Shown here: in pieces, positions 1-8,302 of the stretch
How positions within the stretch are numbered: position 1 is the first letter of the stretch
How the letters are laid out: each line of letters starts with the position of its first letter
NCBI GenBank assembly: GCA_963842585.1
Contig: CAWJHG010000005.1
Span: forward strand, 285,652-349,651
DNA: 64,000 nucleotides
Direction of reading: 5' to 3'
From: Candidatus Acidiferrales bacterium
Lineage (GTDB): Bacteria > Acidobacteriota > Terriglobia > Acidiferrales > UBA7541
Program-made: the position numbers and the translations under genes
Notes under the pieces: generated by a model
Seen by the model: the letters and a program-made list of their open reading frames with translations, nothing else
Databases searched by the model: none
What the model was told of the DNA's origin: nothing

Positions 1-162
1 GGCGCACAGGCGGGAATTCCCACCGGAAAGACGATTCGCAGCGGGCAGACGGTTTGGGGCACTCCGGCGCGGCCGCTCGCCAAGTTCAAGGAGGCCTACG
101 TGTGGTTCGCGCGGCTGCCGGAACTCGGCGAGAGAATCAAGAAGCTCGAAGAGAAGGGCTAG
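1..162 (+). CDS. 3' end of a CDS entering from upstream; C-terminus resembles UDP-3-O-acylglucosamine N-acyltransferase (LpxD)
   Basis: Frame 1 is open from base 1 to TAG at 160-162 (GAQAGIPTGKTIRSGQTVWGTPARPLAKFKEAYVWFARLPELGERIKKLEEKG*). The tail pattern is LpxD-like. Only 53 aa are visible. Confidence 0.4.
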   Translation, partial: GAQAGIPTGKTIRSGQTVWGTPARPLAKFKEAYVWFARLPELGERIKKLEEKG

Positions 163-186
163 AAGCAGAGCAAGCGGAGGGTCCAA

Positions 187-882
187 GTGCCTGAGGGAAT
201 GCCGACGACACCAGAGAAAGAACGCGACCGGTGGAGGCTGATCGTGGTGGGCGGCCATACCCGCAGCATCGGGAAGACCCAACTGGTGTGCGACGTGATG
301 CGTGCCTTTCCCCGGACCGAATGGATCGCTGGAAAAATCACCCAGTATGGCCACGGAGTGTGCGCACAGAACGGGGAGAACTGTGATTGCGCTCCGACCG
401 AGCATGTCTGCGCGCTCGATTGGGAAAAGCAGTCGGAGACGGGCACCGATAGCGCGCGCTTTCTCGCCGCCGGGGCCAAGCGATCGTTCTGGCTGCGGAC
501 CAAACAGGGTTATCTGGCGGAGGGCCTGCCGCTCCTCAGGCAAGCACTCGGCGAGATCGTCGAGCGACCGAGCACGGCGTTGATCGTGGAAAGCAATTCG
601 CTGCTGCAATTCGTCAAGCCGTCTCTTTACTTTGCGGTGATCGATCCGTCAAAGGACGACTTCAAGGAATCGGCGCAACTGGCGCTCGATCGCGCGCATG
701 CCCTGGTACTGCGCGGGGAAACCGGAGGCGATGCTTCGCCTGCGCCGTTGTGGATGAAGCTGCCGGCCCAATTGATGAAGGAAAAACCATCGGTCTTGCA
801 ACGGGAAGGGCAAGCCCTGCCCGAACCGTTATGGGCGCTGGTGCATCGAATCCTCGAGGGGCCGCCGGGTGCCTTGCTCTAA
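187..882 (+). CDS. hypothetical protein with degenerate P-loop, MobB-like
   Basis: 231-aa ORF with GTG start 5 nt after GGAGGG. IVVGGHTRSIGKTQLV is a Walker-A-like motif. ...ITQYGHG...GTDSARFLAAGA recalls MobB-type P-loop proteins. Product assignment is weak. Confidence 0.5.
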   Translation: MPEGMPTTPEKERDRWRLIVVGGHTRSIGKTQLVCDVMRAFPRTEWIAGKITQYGHGVCAQNGENCDCAPTEHVCALDWEKQSETGTDSARFLAAGAKRSFWLRTKQGYLAEGLPLLRQALGEIVERPSTALIVESNSLLQFVKPSLYFAVIDPSKDDFKESAQLALDRAHALVLRGETGGDASPAPLWMKLPAQLMKEKPSVLQREGQALPEPLWALVHRILEGPPGALL

Positions 883-925
883 CCAATGGTGACAACGGCC
901 CGTTGCCGATTCGGCATCTTAATCG

Positions 926-954
926 TTGACCCGACTTCCGGGTGCGGCGATAAT
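926..954 (+). promoter_or_regulatory. candidate sigma70-type promoter upstream of shc
   Basis: TTGACC (926-931), a 17-nt spacer, then GATAAT (949-954), about 145 nt upstream of the shc ATG. It is followed by the hairpin GTACCC-CTGC-GGGTAC (about 967-982). Confidence 0.35.
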
Positions 955-1098
955 GAAAGAGTACTGGGGGTACCCCTGCGGGTACGGGTCGGCTTGGACG
1001 GAAGTATAAGGCAACAGGCAAGTTAGCTAGAGCATTCCCGACCCGCTTGGCGGGTGTGATCACGCAGGGTTTCAGCAGCAGATTCTGGGGGAGTACGG

Positions 1099-3141
1099 AT
1101 GGCGTCGTTCGCACGAGTAGGAGAGCAACTTCCGGTCGCGCCAGCGCCCGCCCCATGGCGCCAGGAGAACTGGGCCGAGCGGGTCGAAACGGCCGTCAAG
1201 AACGGCGCGGAGTACCTGCTTTCGATTCAGTCCGAAGAGGGGTATTGGCACGGTGAACTCGAAGCCGATACCACGCTTGAATCGGATTACATTTACTACC
1301 TCTATGTTCTCGGCAAGGCCGAGCCGGACCGCATCGTCAAACTTGCCAATTATGTGCGCCGGAAACAGATGGAAGATGGCGGCTGGCCGATCTATCCCGG
1401 TGGACCATCCGAACTGAATGCAACGACCAAAGCCTACTTCGCCCTCAAATTGGCGGGTGATTCCGCGGACGCGCCGCACATGGTCAAAGCGCGGGAAATC
1501 GTGCACCGGCTTGGCGGGCTCGAACAGACCAACTCCTACGTGAGGTTCTATCTGGCGCTGGTTGGAGCCGTCGGCTGGGAACTGGTGCCCGCCATTCCGC
1601 CGGAGTTGATGCTCCTGCCGAACTGGTTCTATTTCAACATTTACGAGATGTCCTCCTGGACGCGCGGAATCGTGATCCCCATGGCCATTCTCTCCTCGTT
1701 ACGGCCGGACTTTCGCCTGCCCGAGCACGCCCGAGTCGACGAACTGTTCAAGGATTCCTCGCAAAAAGCTGCAGCGTTCCATTGGAGCAAGCAGTTCCTG
1801 TCCTGGAAGAATGTTTTCCTGGCCGTCGATCGCGGGCTGAAACTGTATGAGAAGCTGCCGTGGAAACCGCTCCGGCAGAAGGCCATCCGCGAAGCGAAGC
1901 AATGGATGGTCGAACATCTGGAGCGGACCGAGGGACTGGCCGCCATCTATCCCTCGATGATGAATTCCATCTTTGCGTTGATCGCCCTCGGTCACGGGCC
2001 GGATGACCCGCTGACGTCACGCGAAATCAAGGAGTTTTCCAGGTTCGAAATCGAAGAAGGCGACACTATTCGCCTGCAACCGTGTGTTTCACCGGTGTGG
2101 GATACCTGCATTGCCATGGTGGCGCTCGAAGAAGCGGGATTGCCGGCCGACGACCCTGCGCTCGTCAAGGCCGCGGACTGGCTGTTGTCAAAGCAGATCT
2201 TGGGCGGAGGCGACTGGCAGATCAAGAACAAGGATGCGGAACCGGGCGGCTGGGCGTTTGAATTCCGGAACGATTTTTACCCGGACGTGGATGACACCGC
2301 TTTCGTGCTCATGGCGCTCGAGCGGGTGAAATTCCCGGACGAGAAACGCATGGAAGGCGCGATGCGCCGGGGCCTGCAATGGCTGCTCAGCATGCAGAAC
2401 CGCGACGGAGGATGGGGAGCGTTCGACCGCGACAATGACCGGCAACTGCTGTGCAACATTCCGTTCGCAGATCATAACGCGATGATCGATCCATCGACGG
2501 CGGACGTGACGGCGCGGGTTCTTGAGTGTCTTGGCCGATTCGGCTGGCCCGCAAAGCACCCGGTGGTTCAGAAAGCCGTGGGCTTCCTGACCAAGGATCA
2601 GAGCAAGGATGGATCCTGGTTCGGACGCTGGGGCGTGAATTACGTTTATGGCACGAGCGGCGTGTTGCGCGCGCTCGAGACGGTTTCGATGACCGCGCAG
2701 GATTATTGCCTGCGTGCGGTCAACTGGCTGCGCCAGGTGCAGAAGGCCGACGGAAGCTTTGGCGAATCGCTGAACAGTTATGAAGTGGTATCGAGCAAGG
2801 GGCAGGGGAACAGTACGCCTTCGCAAACAGCGTGGGGTCTGATCGGACTGCTGGCCGGCGCCAACCCCGATGATCCGGCGATTGCCCGCGCGGCGGCGTA
2901 CCTGGTCACCCAGCAGCACGCCAATGGATCCTGGAGCGAGGAAGATTTTACGGGCACCGGCTTCCCGGGCGTGTTTTACCTGAAGTATCACCTGTATAAG
3001 AATTCCTTCCCGGTCTATGCGCTGGCGCGCTACCGGAATCAAGGACAGCGGGCCGGCGATTACTGCGCCGTAAAGTTTAATCCGAGCGACTTTCGCCTGC
3101 GCAGCGGCTTGTACACTGCACGCGAACGGCGCGTTTCCTAA
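1099..3141 (+). CDS. shc: squalene-hopene cyclase
   Basis: 680 aa. Catalytic DxDDTA motif (DFYPDVDDTAFVLMAL) and repeated QW motifs (e.g. LLSMQNRDGGWGAF, LRQVQKADGSFGES). RBS GGGGAG precedes the ATG. Confidence 0.95.
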   Translation: MASFARVGEQLPVAPAPAPWRQENWAERVETAVKNGAEYLLSIQSEEGYWHGELEADTTLESDYIYYLYVLGKAEPDRIVKLANYVRRKQMEDGGWPIYPGGPSELNATTKAYFALKLAGDSADAPHMVKAREIVHRLGGLEQTNSYVRFYLALVGAVGWELVPAIPPELMLLPNWFYFNIYEMSSWTRGIVIPMAILSSLRPDFRLPEHARVDELFKDSSQKAAAFHWSKQFLSWKNVFLAVDRGLKLYEKLPWKPLRQKAIREAKQWMVEHLERTEGLAAIYPSMMNSIFALIALGHGPDDPLTSREIKEFSRFEIEEGDTIRLQPCVSPVWDTCIAMVALEEAGLPADDPALVKAADWLLSKQILGGGDWQIKNKDAEPGGWAFEFRNDFYPDVDDTAFVLMALERVKFPDEKRMEGAMRRGLQWLLSMQNRDGGWGAFDRDNDRQLLCNIPFADHNAMIDPSTADVTARVLECLGRFGWPAKHPVVQKAVGFLTKDQSKDGSWFGRWGVNYVYGTSGVLRALETVSMTAQDYCLRAVNWLRQVQKADGSFGESLNSYEVVSSKGQGNSTPSQTAWGLIGLLAGANPDDPAIARAAAYLVTQQHANGSWSEEDFTGTGFPGVFYLKYHLYKNSFPVYALARYRNQGQRAGDYCAVKFNPSDFRLRSGLYTARERRVS

Positions 3142-3149
3142 GTATCCCG

Positions 3150-4184
3150 ATGCGGTACCCTTTCGGGCTGGTTTTCGATTCCACAAAACATCTTCTGGCG
3201 GGAAAACTGCGCGGCGAGCGCAGGTTTCCGGTGATTCTCTCGCTCGACCCGCTGGGCGGCCCGTCCGGTCCTGGAGCGAACGGCACTGGGGAGGGATCCG
3301 CAACAGAGCGGACCATGCTGACCGTCGAACAATGCCTGGCAGCGATCGAAGAGTGCCCCACGCCGGTGGTTACCCTGGGCGGTCCGGAGCCGCTCGAATA
3401 TCCGGAAATTGCGGCGCTGACCCGGGCGATCCTGGATCGCGGCCACCACCTGTTCCTCTCTACCGACGGAACCCGGATCCGGCGCTGGCTGCACATGATT
3501 CCTCCGTACACGAATTTCTTCTGGAACGTGAAACTGGACGGAACCGAGTCCGTGCATGACGGGCGCTCCGGCCGTCCCGGACTTTTCATCGAAGCTTGGG
3601 ACGGCATCAAGGCGGCCAAGAACGCCGGTTTTTTTGTGGTGGTGACCAGCACGATCTATCCGGACACGGACATCAACGACCTGGTCGCTCTCTATGAAAA
3701 ACTGCACGCGCTGCACGTGGATGGATACCTACTGTCGCCCCACTATCCCGAGCAGAAATTATGCCGGGACGGCAGCGCAAGGTTTCATGAGAAGATGCAT
3801 CAAAGATTCCGCGAGGCGAGCGACCGGCTGGCCGATTACAATCTGATGCTCTCTCCGGTTTACCTCGAGTATCTGCGCGGCGAGCGCGAACTGGACTGCA
3901 GCGCCTGGGCCGGGCCGGTGTACGGGCCCGCGGGATGGTCGGGTCCGTGCTCCCAGCTGCATATCAACCACGCGAAAAGCTATAAAGCGCTGCTCGAGCA
4001 GACGGTTTGGGAAAACTACGGCCGGGGTCTGAATCCGCGCTGCGAGAATTGCCAGTGCCACGCGGGTTATGAAACGGCGGCGCTGCTCGGCATGAACCCC
4101 AAGGCCGGCGACATCTGGAAAATGCTCGCCTGGCAGCTCGGCGGCAGCCTGGGCGAGAAGAAGGAAGGGAAACACCCTCGATGA
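3150..4184 (+). CDS. HpnH-like protein (adenosylhopane-synthase family) lacking the radical-SAM CxxxCxxC motif
   Basis: 344 aa, collinear with HpnH: KLRGERRFPVIL.L.PL, LTVEQCLAAIEECPTPVV, FFWNVKLDG...HD, GYLLSPHY, C-terminal RCENCQCHAGYE. The segment where HpnH has FRCNLACxGCGKI reads GGPSGPGANGTGEGSATER. There is no TGC/TGT in any frame there. Confidence 0.85.
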   Translation: MRYPFGLVFDSTKHLLAGKLRGERRFPVILSLDPLGGPSGPGANGTGEGSATERTMLTVEQCLAAIEECPTPVVTLGGPEPLEYPEIAALTRAILDRGHHLFLSTDGTRIRRWLHMIPPYTNFFWNVKLDGTESVHDGRSGRPGLFIEAWDGIKAAKNAGFFVVVTSTIYPDTDINDLVALYEKLHALHVDGYLLSPHYPEQKLCRDGSARFHEKMHQRFREASDRLADYNLMLSPVYLEYLRGERELDCSAWAGPVYGPAGWSGPCSQLHINHAKSYKALLEQTVWENYGRGLNPRCENCQCHAGYETAALLGMNPKAGDIWKMLAWQLGGSLGEKKEGKHPR

Positions 4185-5197
4185 CAACACTGGTCACGGG
4201 TGCGGCGGGATTTCTCGGGAGCCACGTGGCGCGCCAACTGGTCGCGCGAGGGGAGAGCGTCCGCGTGCTGATGCGGCCATCGAGCAATAACCGCGCGATC
4301 AGTGATTTGCCGCTCGAATATGTGACCGGAGACCTGCGGGATCTGGCGTCGCTCGCTCGGGCCATGATCGGCATGAAGCGGGTGTTTCACGTCGCAGCAG
4401 ATTACCGTTTGTGGGCCAAGAATCCGCAGGATATCTACGATTCGAATGTGGGTGGAACCCGGAATCTGCTGGCGGCAGCCAAGCAGGCGGGAATCGGGCA
4501 GCTGGTCTATACCAGCACTGTTGCGACCATTGCCGTCGACCGGCCGGAACTTCCAAATGAATCCACCCGGACCACACTCGAAGAGATGATCGGTCATTAC
4601 AAACGATCGAAGTGGATGGCAGAACAGGAAGTGTTGAAGGCGGCCGCGGAAGGATTTCCCGCCATTGTGGCGATGCCGACGACTCCTGTGGGCCCGTGGG
4701 ACTGGAAACCCACGCCGACCGGGAAGATCATCCTGGATTTTCTGAACGGAAAGATGCCGGGGTACGTGGAGACGGGATTGAATTTTGTCGGTGTGGAAGA
4801 GTGTGCTGCCGGACACCTGCTGGTTGCAGAGCGGGGAAAAACGGGGGAGCGGTATTTGCTCGGGGCGGAGAATCTGACGCTCAAGGGTCTGCTGGACGTG
4901 CTGGCCGGGATTACCGGCCTGCCGGCGCCCCGGATGAAAATCCCGCACGGCCTGGCATTGGGTGTAGCGTATGTGGAGAGCGCGTTGTCGCGGATGCTCG
5001 GGAAGGAACCACAGATTCCGGTCGAAGGCGTGAAGATCGCCGAGCACAAGATGTTTGTGGATGCGTCGCGGGCGGTGCGGGAGTTGGGATTTCAGCCCGG
5101 ATCGGTGACCGCGGCGCTCGAACGTGCGGTCGGCTGGTACAGGGCGAACGGGTATGTTTCCCGACGGCGGGCGAAGCGGATGAAGCTCGCGGCGTGA
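4181..5197 (+). CDS. hpnA: hopanoid-associated NAD-dependent sugar epimerase/dehydratase family protein
   Basis: 338 aa. N-terminal Rossmann motif TGAAGFLGSHV and YxxxK (HYKRSK). ATGA overlap with the upstream gene. Position inside the hopanoid operon. Confidence 0.85.
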   Translation: MTTLVTGAAGFLGSHVARQLVARGESVRVLMRPSSNNRAISDLPLEYVTGDLRDLASLARAMIGMKRVFHVAADYRLWAKNPQDIYDSNVGGTRNLLAAAKQAGIGQLVYTSTVATIAVDRPELPNESTRTTLEEMIGHYKRSKWMAEQEVLKAAAEGFPAIVAMPTTPVGPWDWKPTPTGKIILDFLNGKMPGYVETGLNFVGVEECAAGHLLVAERGKTGERYLLGAENLTLKGLLDVLAGITGLPAPRMKIPHGLALGVAYVESALSRMLGKEPQIPVEGVKIAEHKMFVDASRAVRELGFQPGSVTAALERAVGWYRANGYVSRRRAKRMKLAA

Positions 5198-5220
5198 GCG
5201 GAGAGGCAATCAGGGGAAGC

Positions 5221-5997
5221 ATGAGAGTGCTGGTCACCTTTGCGGTACAAGCGGAGTTTGCGTCGTGGCGCAAACTTCGCCCGTTTCGCGCGAGAACATG
5301 GAATCCGTCGCCAGCACGCGGAGCAGTCCAGGTCCAGGAAGCGGAAATCGGGGCTCACACGGTCTGCATTTACCTGACCGGTATGGGCAGCAAGGGTCTC
5401 GGCGTTCCGGTCGGAATGGATGCGAAAGCGATCGGGGTTGACCTGGTTCTTTCTTCGGGGCTGGCGGGATCACTCAATCCGAAGTATGGGCCGCTGACCG
5501 TTGTTGCGCCGCGGCACGTCGGAACGATGGGAGATTCGCCGGGACTGACTGTCTCGAAGAGTCTGCTCGAACTTGCCGGCAAGCAGGGGGCCACGGTCGT
5601 TGACGGACTGCTCAGTTCCGACCGAATCATCGATACCGCGGAGGAGAAAAAACGACTTTCTCCCTTTGCGGATATTGTGGACATGGAGTCCTTTCATGTG
5701 GTTCGCGAGTTTGTAAACCAGCAAACTCCCGTCGTCGTGATCCGGGCCATCAGTGATGGCAGTGAGGAAGAGTTGCCGGTAGATTTTGAAAAATGCCTTT
5801 CCGCCGAAGGATCCATCAAGGTGGTTCCTCTCCTAAAGGACCTGGCCAGGCGGCCCGGCAAAATTCCTGCCCTGATCCGGTTCGGCAAGCAAAGCAGGGA
5901 AGCGGCGGAGAAACTGACAGGATTTCTGGACGAGTATATTCAGTCGCTCCGGGTGGAAGTGCTGAACGACCGGGTGATGGAGGCCGTGAACGAATGA
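5221..5997 (+). CDS. hpnG: hopanoid-associated nucleosidase/phosphorylase (PNP_UDP_1 family)
   Basis: In-frame ATG at 5221 after AGGGGA. The longer track ORF from 4612 overlaps hpnA. Motifs SSGLAGSL, VDMES and IRAISDG are typical of MTA/SAH-nucleosidase-like HpnG. Operon context supports the call. Confidence 0.7.
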   Translation: MRVLVTFAVQAEFASWRKLRPFRARTWNPSPARGAVQVQEAEIGAHTVCIYLTGMGSKGLGVPVGMDAKAIGVDLVLSSGLAGSLNPKYGPLTVVAPRHVGTMGDSPGLTVSKSLLELAGKQGATVVDGLLSSDRIIDTAEEKKRLSPFADIVDMESFHVVREFVNQQTPVVVIRAISDGSEEELPVDFEKCLSAEGSIKVVPLLKDLARRPGKIPALIRFGKQSREAAEKLTGFLDEYIQSLRVEVLNDRVMEAVNE

Positions 5998-7100
5998 GCG
6001 GAACGGGGACGATGGTCGAGGGGCAGAGGACAGGGGGCGCGCTACCGAGGAAGATGCGGGCGGGGGTGTATCGCGATAAAGGGGTGGTGCGGGTGGAAGA
6101 GGTGCCGGTGCCGGAAGTGGGCGATCGGGAAGTGCTGATCAAGGTGGCAGCCTGCGGGATTTGCGGGACGGACATCAAGAAGATCTACCAGCGTTACGTC
6201 GAGCCGCCGCAGATTTTGGGGCATGAGCTGGCCGGGACCGTCGTGGCCACCGGCAAGGGCGTCACCCGGTGGAAGCTGGGTGACCGGGTCATGAGCTTCC
6301 ACCATATTCCGTGCGGCGATTGTTTCTTCTGCAAGAACCGGCTGTTCTCCCAGTGCCCGCAGTACAAGAACACCGGTCTGACCGGAGGATTCACGCCGAA
6401 TGGGGGCGGATTTGCCGAGTACGTAAAGGCCATGCCATGGGTCGCCGAGCGCGGGATTGTCGCGTTGCCCGACACTGTGGGTTTTGAGGAAGCCACGTTT
6501 ATTGAACCGATCAACACCATCGTGAAGGCCGTCCAAAAAGCCCGGGTGGCGGCGGGGGAGACGGTGCTGGTGGTGGGGTGCGGCCCCATCGGATTGCAAT
6601 TGTTGATGGTTACCAAAACGGTGGGTGCGCGCATCTATACCAGTGACCCTATGGCCACCCGGCGTAGGAAGAGTCTGGAGTTGGGAGCGGTAGAGTCATT
6701 TGACCCCATAAGTGGTAAGCTACTGGAAGAAGTACGCACGCGGACGGGGGGTCGTGGGGCAGATGCGGTCTTGGTGGCGGTGGCGCATCCGGCAGTCGTA
6801 GCGGAAGCGTTGGCGGCGGCCAGGCCCGGCGGTAGAGTTCTTCTTTTTGCTGCAAACGACCCAGTGACAAAAATAGAGTTTCCAGCGGCTGCAGTAGGCA
6901 TTGACGAGAAGGAGATCCTGGGCAGCTACAGTGCGGCCGTGGACATCCAAGAAAGTGCGGCAGCACTGGTGCTAGAGAAGAAACTGCCGGTGATGGAGAT
7001 TGTCACGCACCGGTTTCCATTGGCTAGAATCCAAGAAGGGTTGGACCTGGCAGCCAGGCCCACCGAGGAATCGCTGAAGATCCTGATTACGCACGAATGA
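5994..7100 (+). CDS. zinc-dependent medium-chain dehydrogenase/reductase (sorbitol/threonine dehydrogenase-like), copy 1
   Basis: CGICGTD and GHELAGTVVATGKGV (catalytic Zn), CGDCFFCKNRLFSQC (structural Zn), GCGPIGL (NAD). The ATG overlaps the hpnG stop (ATGA 5994-5997). The start could also be 6012 or 6054. Confidence 0.85.
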   Translation: MSGTGTMVEGQRTGGALPRKMRAGVYRDKGVVRVEEVPVPEVGDREVLIKVAACGICGTDIKKIYQRYVEPPQILGHELAGTVVATGKGVTRWKLGDRVMSFHHIPCGDCFFCKNRLFSQCPQYKNTGLTGGFTPNGGGFAEYVKAMPWVAERGIVALPDTVGFEEATFIEPINTIVKAVQKARVAAGETVLVVGCGPIGLQLLMVTKTVGARIYTSDPMATRRRKSLELGAVESFDPISGKLLEEVRTRTGGRGADAVLVAVAHPAVVAEALAAARPGGRVLLFAANDPVTKIEFPAAAVGIDEKEILGSYSAAVDIQESAAALVLEKKLPVMEIVTHRFPLARIQEGLDLAARPTEESLKILITHE

Positions 7101-8212
7101 AAGCAGCGTCCACAAAAAAGACGGAACTAGGGCTGGAAGAAGTGCTGGTTCCAGCCAAGATAGTCGTGCCGTCGAAAATGACCGCGGCCGTGCTCTACGG
7201 CAGCGAAGATCTCCGGATCGAGAAAATTGAAGTACCCGCTCTGGCCGCCGATGAAGTCTTGCTGCGCGTGCGACTGGCGCTGACCGACGGGACCGACCTG
7301 AAGGTCTGGAAGCGCGGTTACCACGCCAAGATGATTCAGCCACCGGCGGTATTCGGGCACGAGGTGGTTGGCGAAATCGTGGCCATGGGAAAGCGAGTGG
7401 ATTCGAGATGGCGACTGGGCACGCGGGTCATTGCGGCGAATTCCGCTCCCTGCTTCCGCTGCTACCATTGCCGTCGCGGACAAGAGAATCTCTGCGACGA
7501 CCTGCTCTTTAACAATGGCGCCTACGCGGAGTACATGCGGATTCCCGGGCGCATTGTCCGCGAGAACATGCTTGAAGTTCCGTATTCGGTCGACGACCAC
7601 AGCGCGGCCTTTGTGGAGCCGCTGGCCTGCGTCATGCGCGGCATTCATGAGATGGACGTGCGCATGGGCGATACCACGGCAGTGATTGGCTGCGGACCGA
7701 TCGGGTTGAAATACGTGCGCATGCTGTCGCGCCGGGGAGTGCGCGTGATCGCCCTCGCGAGACGCGAGGGGCCGTTGTCGGTAGCGCGGAAACTGGGCGC
7801 AGCCGTAACCATCAACGTCACCGAAGTTCCGGACGTGGTGGCGGCGGTCCGAGAACTGACGGAAGAACGACGCGGACCGGACTCGGTCGTAGAAGCCGCA
7901 GGGAATCCGGCGACCTGGGAGCAGGCGCTGAAGATGGTCTGTCGAGGCGGCGTGGTGAATTTCTTCAGTGGGCTGCCGACCGGGACGCGAGTCGAAATCG
8001 AACCGGCCGCCATTCATTACTCCGAGATCAAGATGATTTCGCCCTTTCACCACACCCCGCGGTTTATCCGTGAAGCGCTCGAGGCAGTCCGGCGCGGTGA
8101 CGTTTCCGCCGAGGAATTTGTCACCGAAGAGATTCGATTGGAAGATTTGCCACAAGCCTTTGAGCGGATGAAGGCACGCAGCGGAGAGATCAAGCTGGCC
8201 GTGCGGCCGTGA
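7097..8212 (+). CDS. zinc-dependent medium-chain dehydrogenase/reductase, copy 2
   Basis: GHEVVGEIVAMGKRV, CFRCYHCRRGQENLC and GCGPIGL. ATGA overlap with the preceding dehydrogenase (7097-7100). Confidence 0.85.
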   Translation: MKAASTKKTELGLEEVLVPAKIVVPSKMTAAVLYGSEDLRIEKIEVPALAADEVLLRVRLALTDGTDLKVWKRGYHAKMIQPPAVFGHEVVGEIVAMGKRVDSRWRLGTRVIAANSAPCFRCYHCRRGQENLCDDLLFNNGAYAEYMRIPGRIVRENMLEVPYSVDDHSAAFVEPLACVMRGIHEMDVRMGDTTAVIGCGPIGLKYVRMLSRRGVRVIALARREGPLSVARKLGAAVTINVTEVPDVVAAVRELTEERRGPDSVVEAAGNPATWEQALKMVCRGGVVNFFSGLPTGTRVEIEPAAIHYSEIKMISPFHHTPRFIREALEAVRRGDVSAEEFVTEEIRLEDLPQAFERMKARSGEIKLAVRP

Positions 8213-8302
8213 CGGCGTGATTTTGGACTTGTGACAGGTGAACCCCGGACCTTCAACCGGCTCCGTCCATTTTAATCCGATGCGTGAGAGAGCGAATTAC
8301 TG

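Noticed and set aside
2188-3303. Long antisense or overlapping ORFs in the high-GC core. Examples: 2188-3303(-), 4067-5209(-), 7127-8155(-), 8297-10372(-), 12729-13589(+), 14540-15265(-), 16397-17194(-), 17740-18918(-), 21305-22183(-), 24003-24917(+).
   Set aside because: Each lies opposite a gene with clear family motifs. Their translations are Arg/Pro/Gly-rich low-complexity sequences typical of spurious frames in GC-rich DNA.
4612-5220. N-terminal extension of the hpnG ORF (track start 4612). Similar extensions occur for 5793-5993, 13618-13728, 22189-22344, 31377-31775 and 50222-50296.
   Set aside because: The extensions overlap the preceding real gene or lack protein-like composition. 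In-frame ATGs with RBS-like sequences and family-typical N-termini occur downstream.
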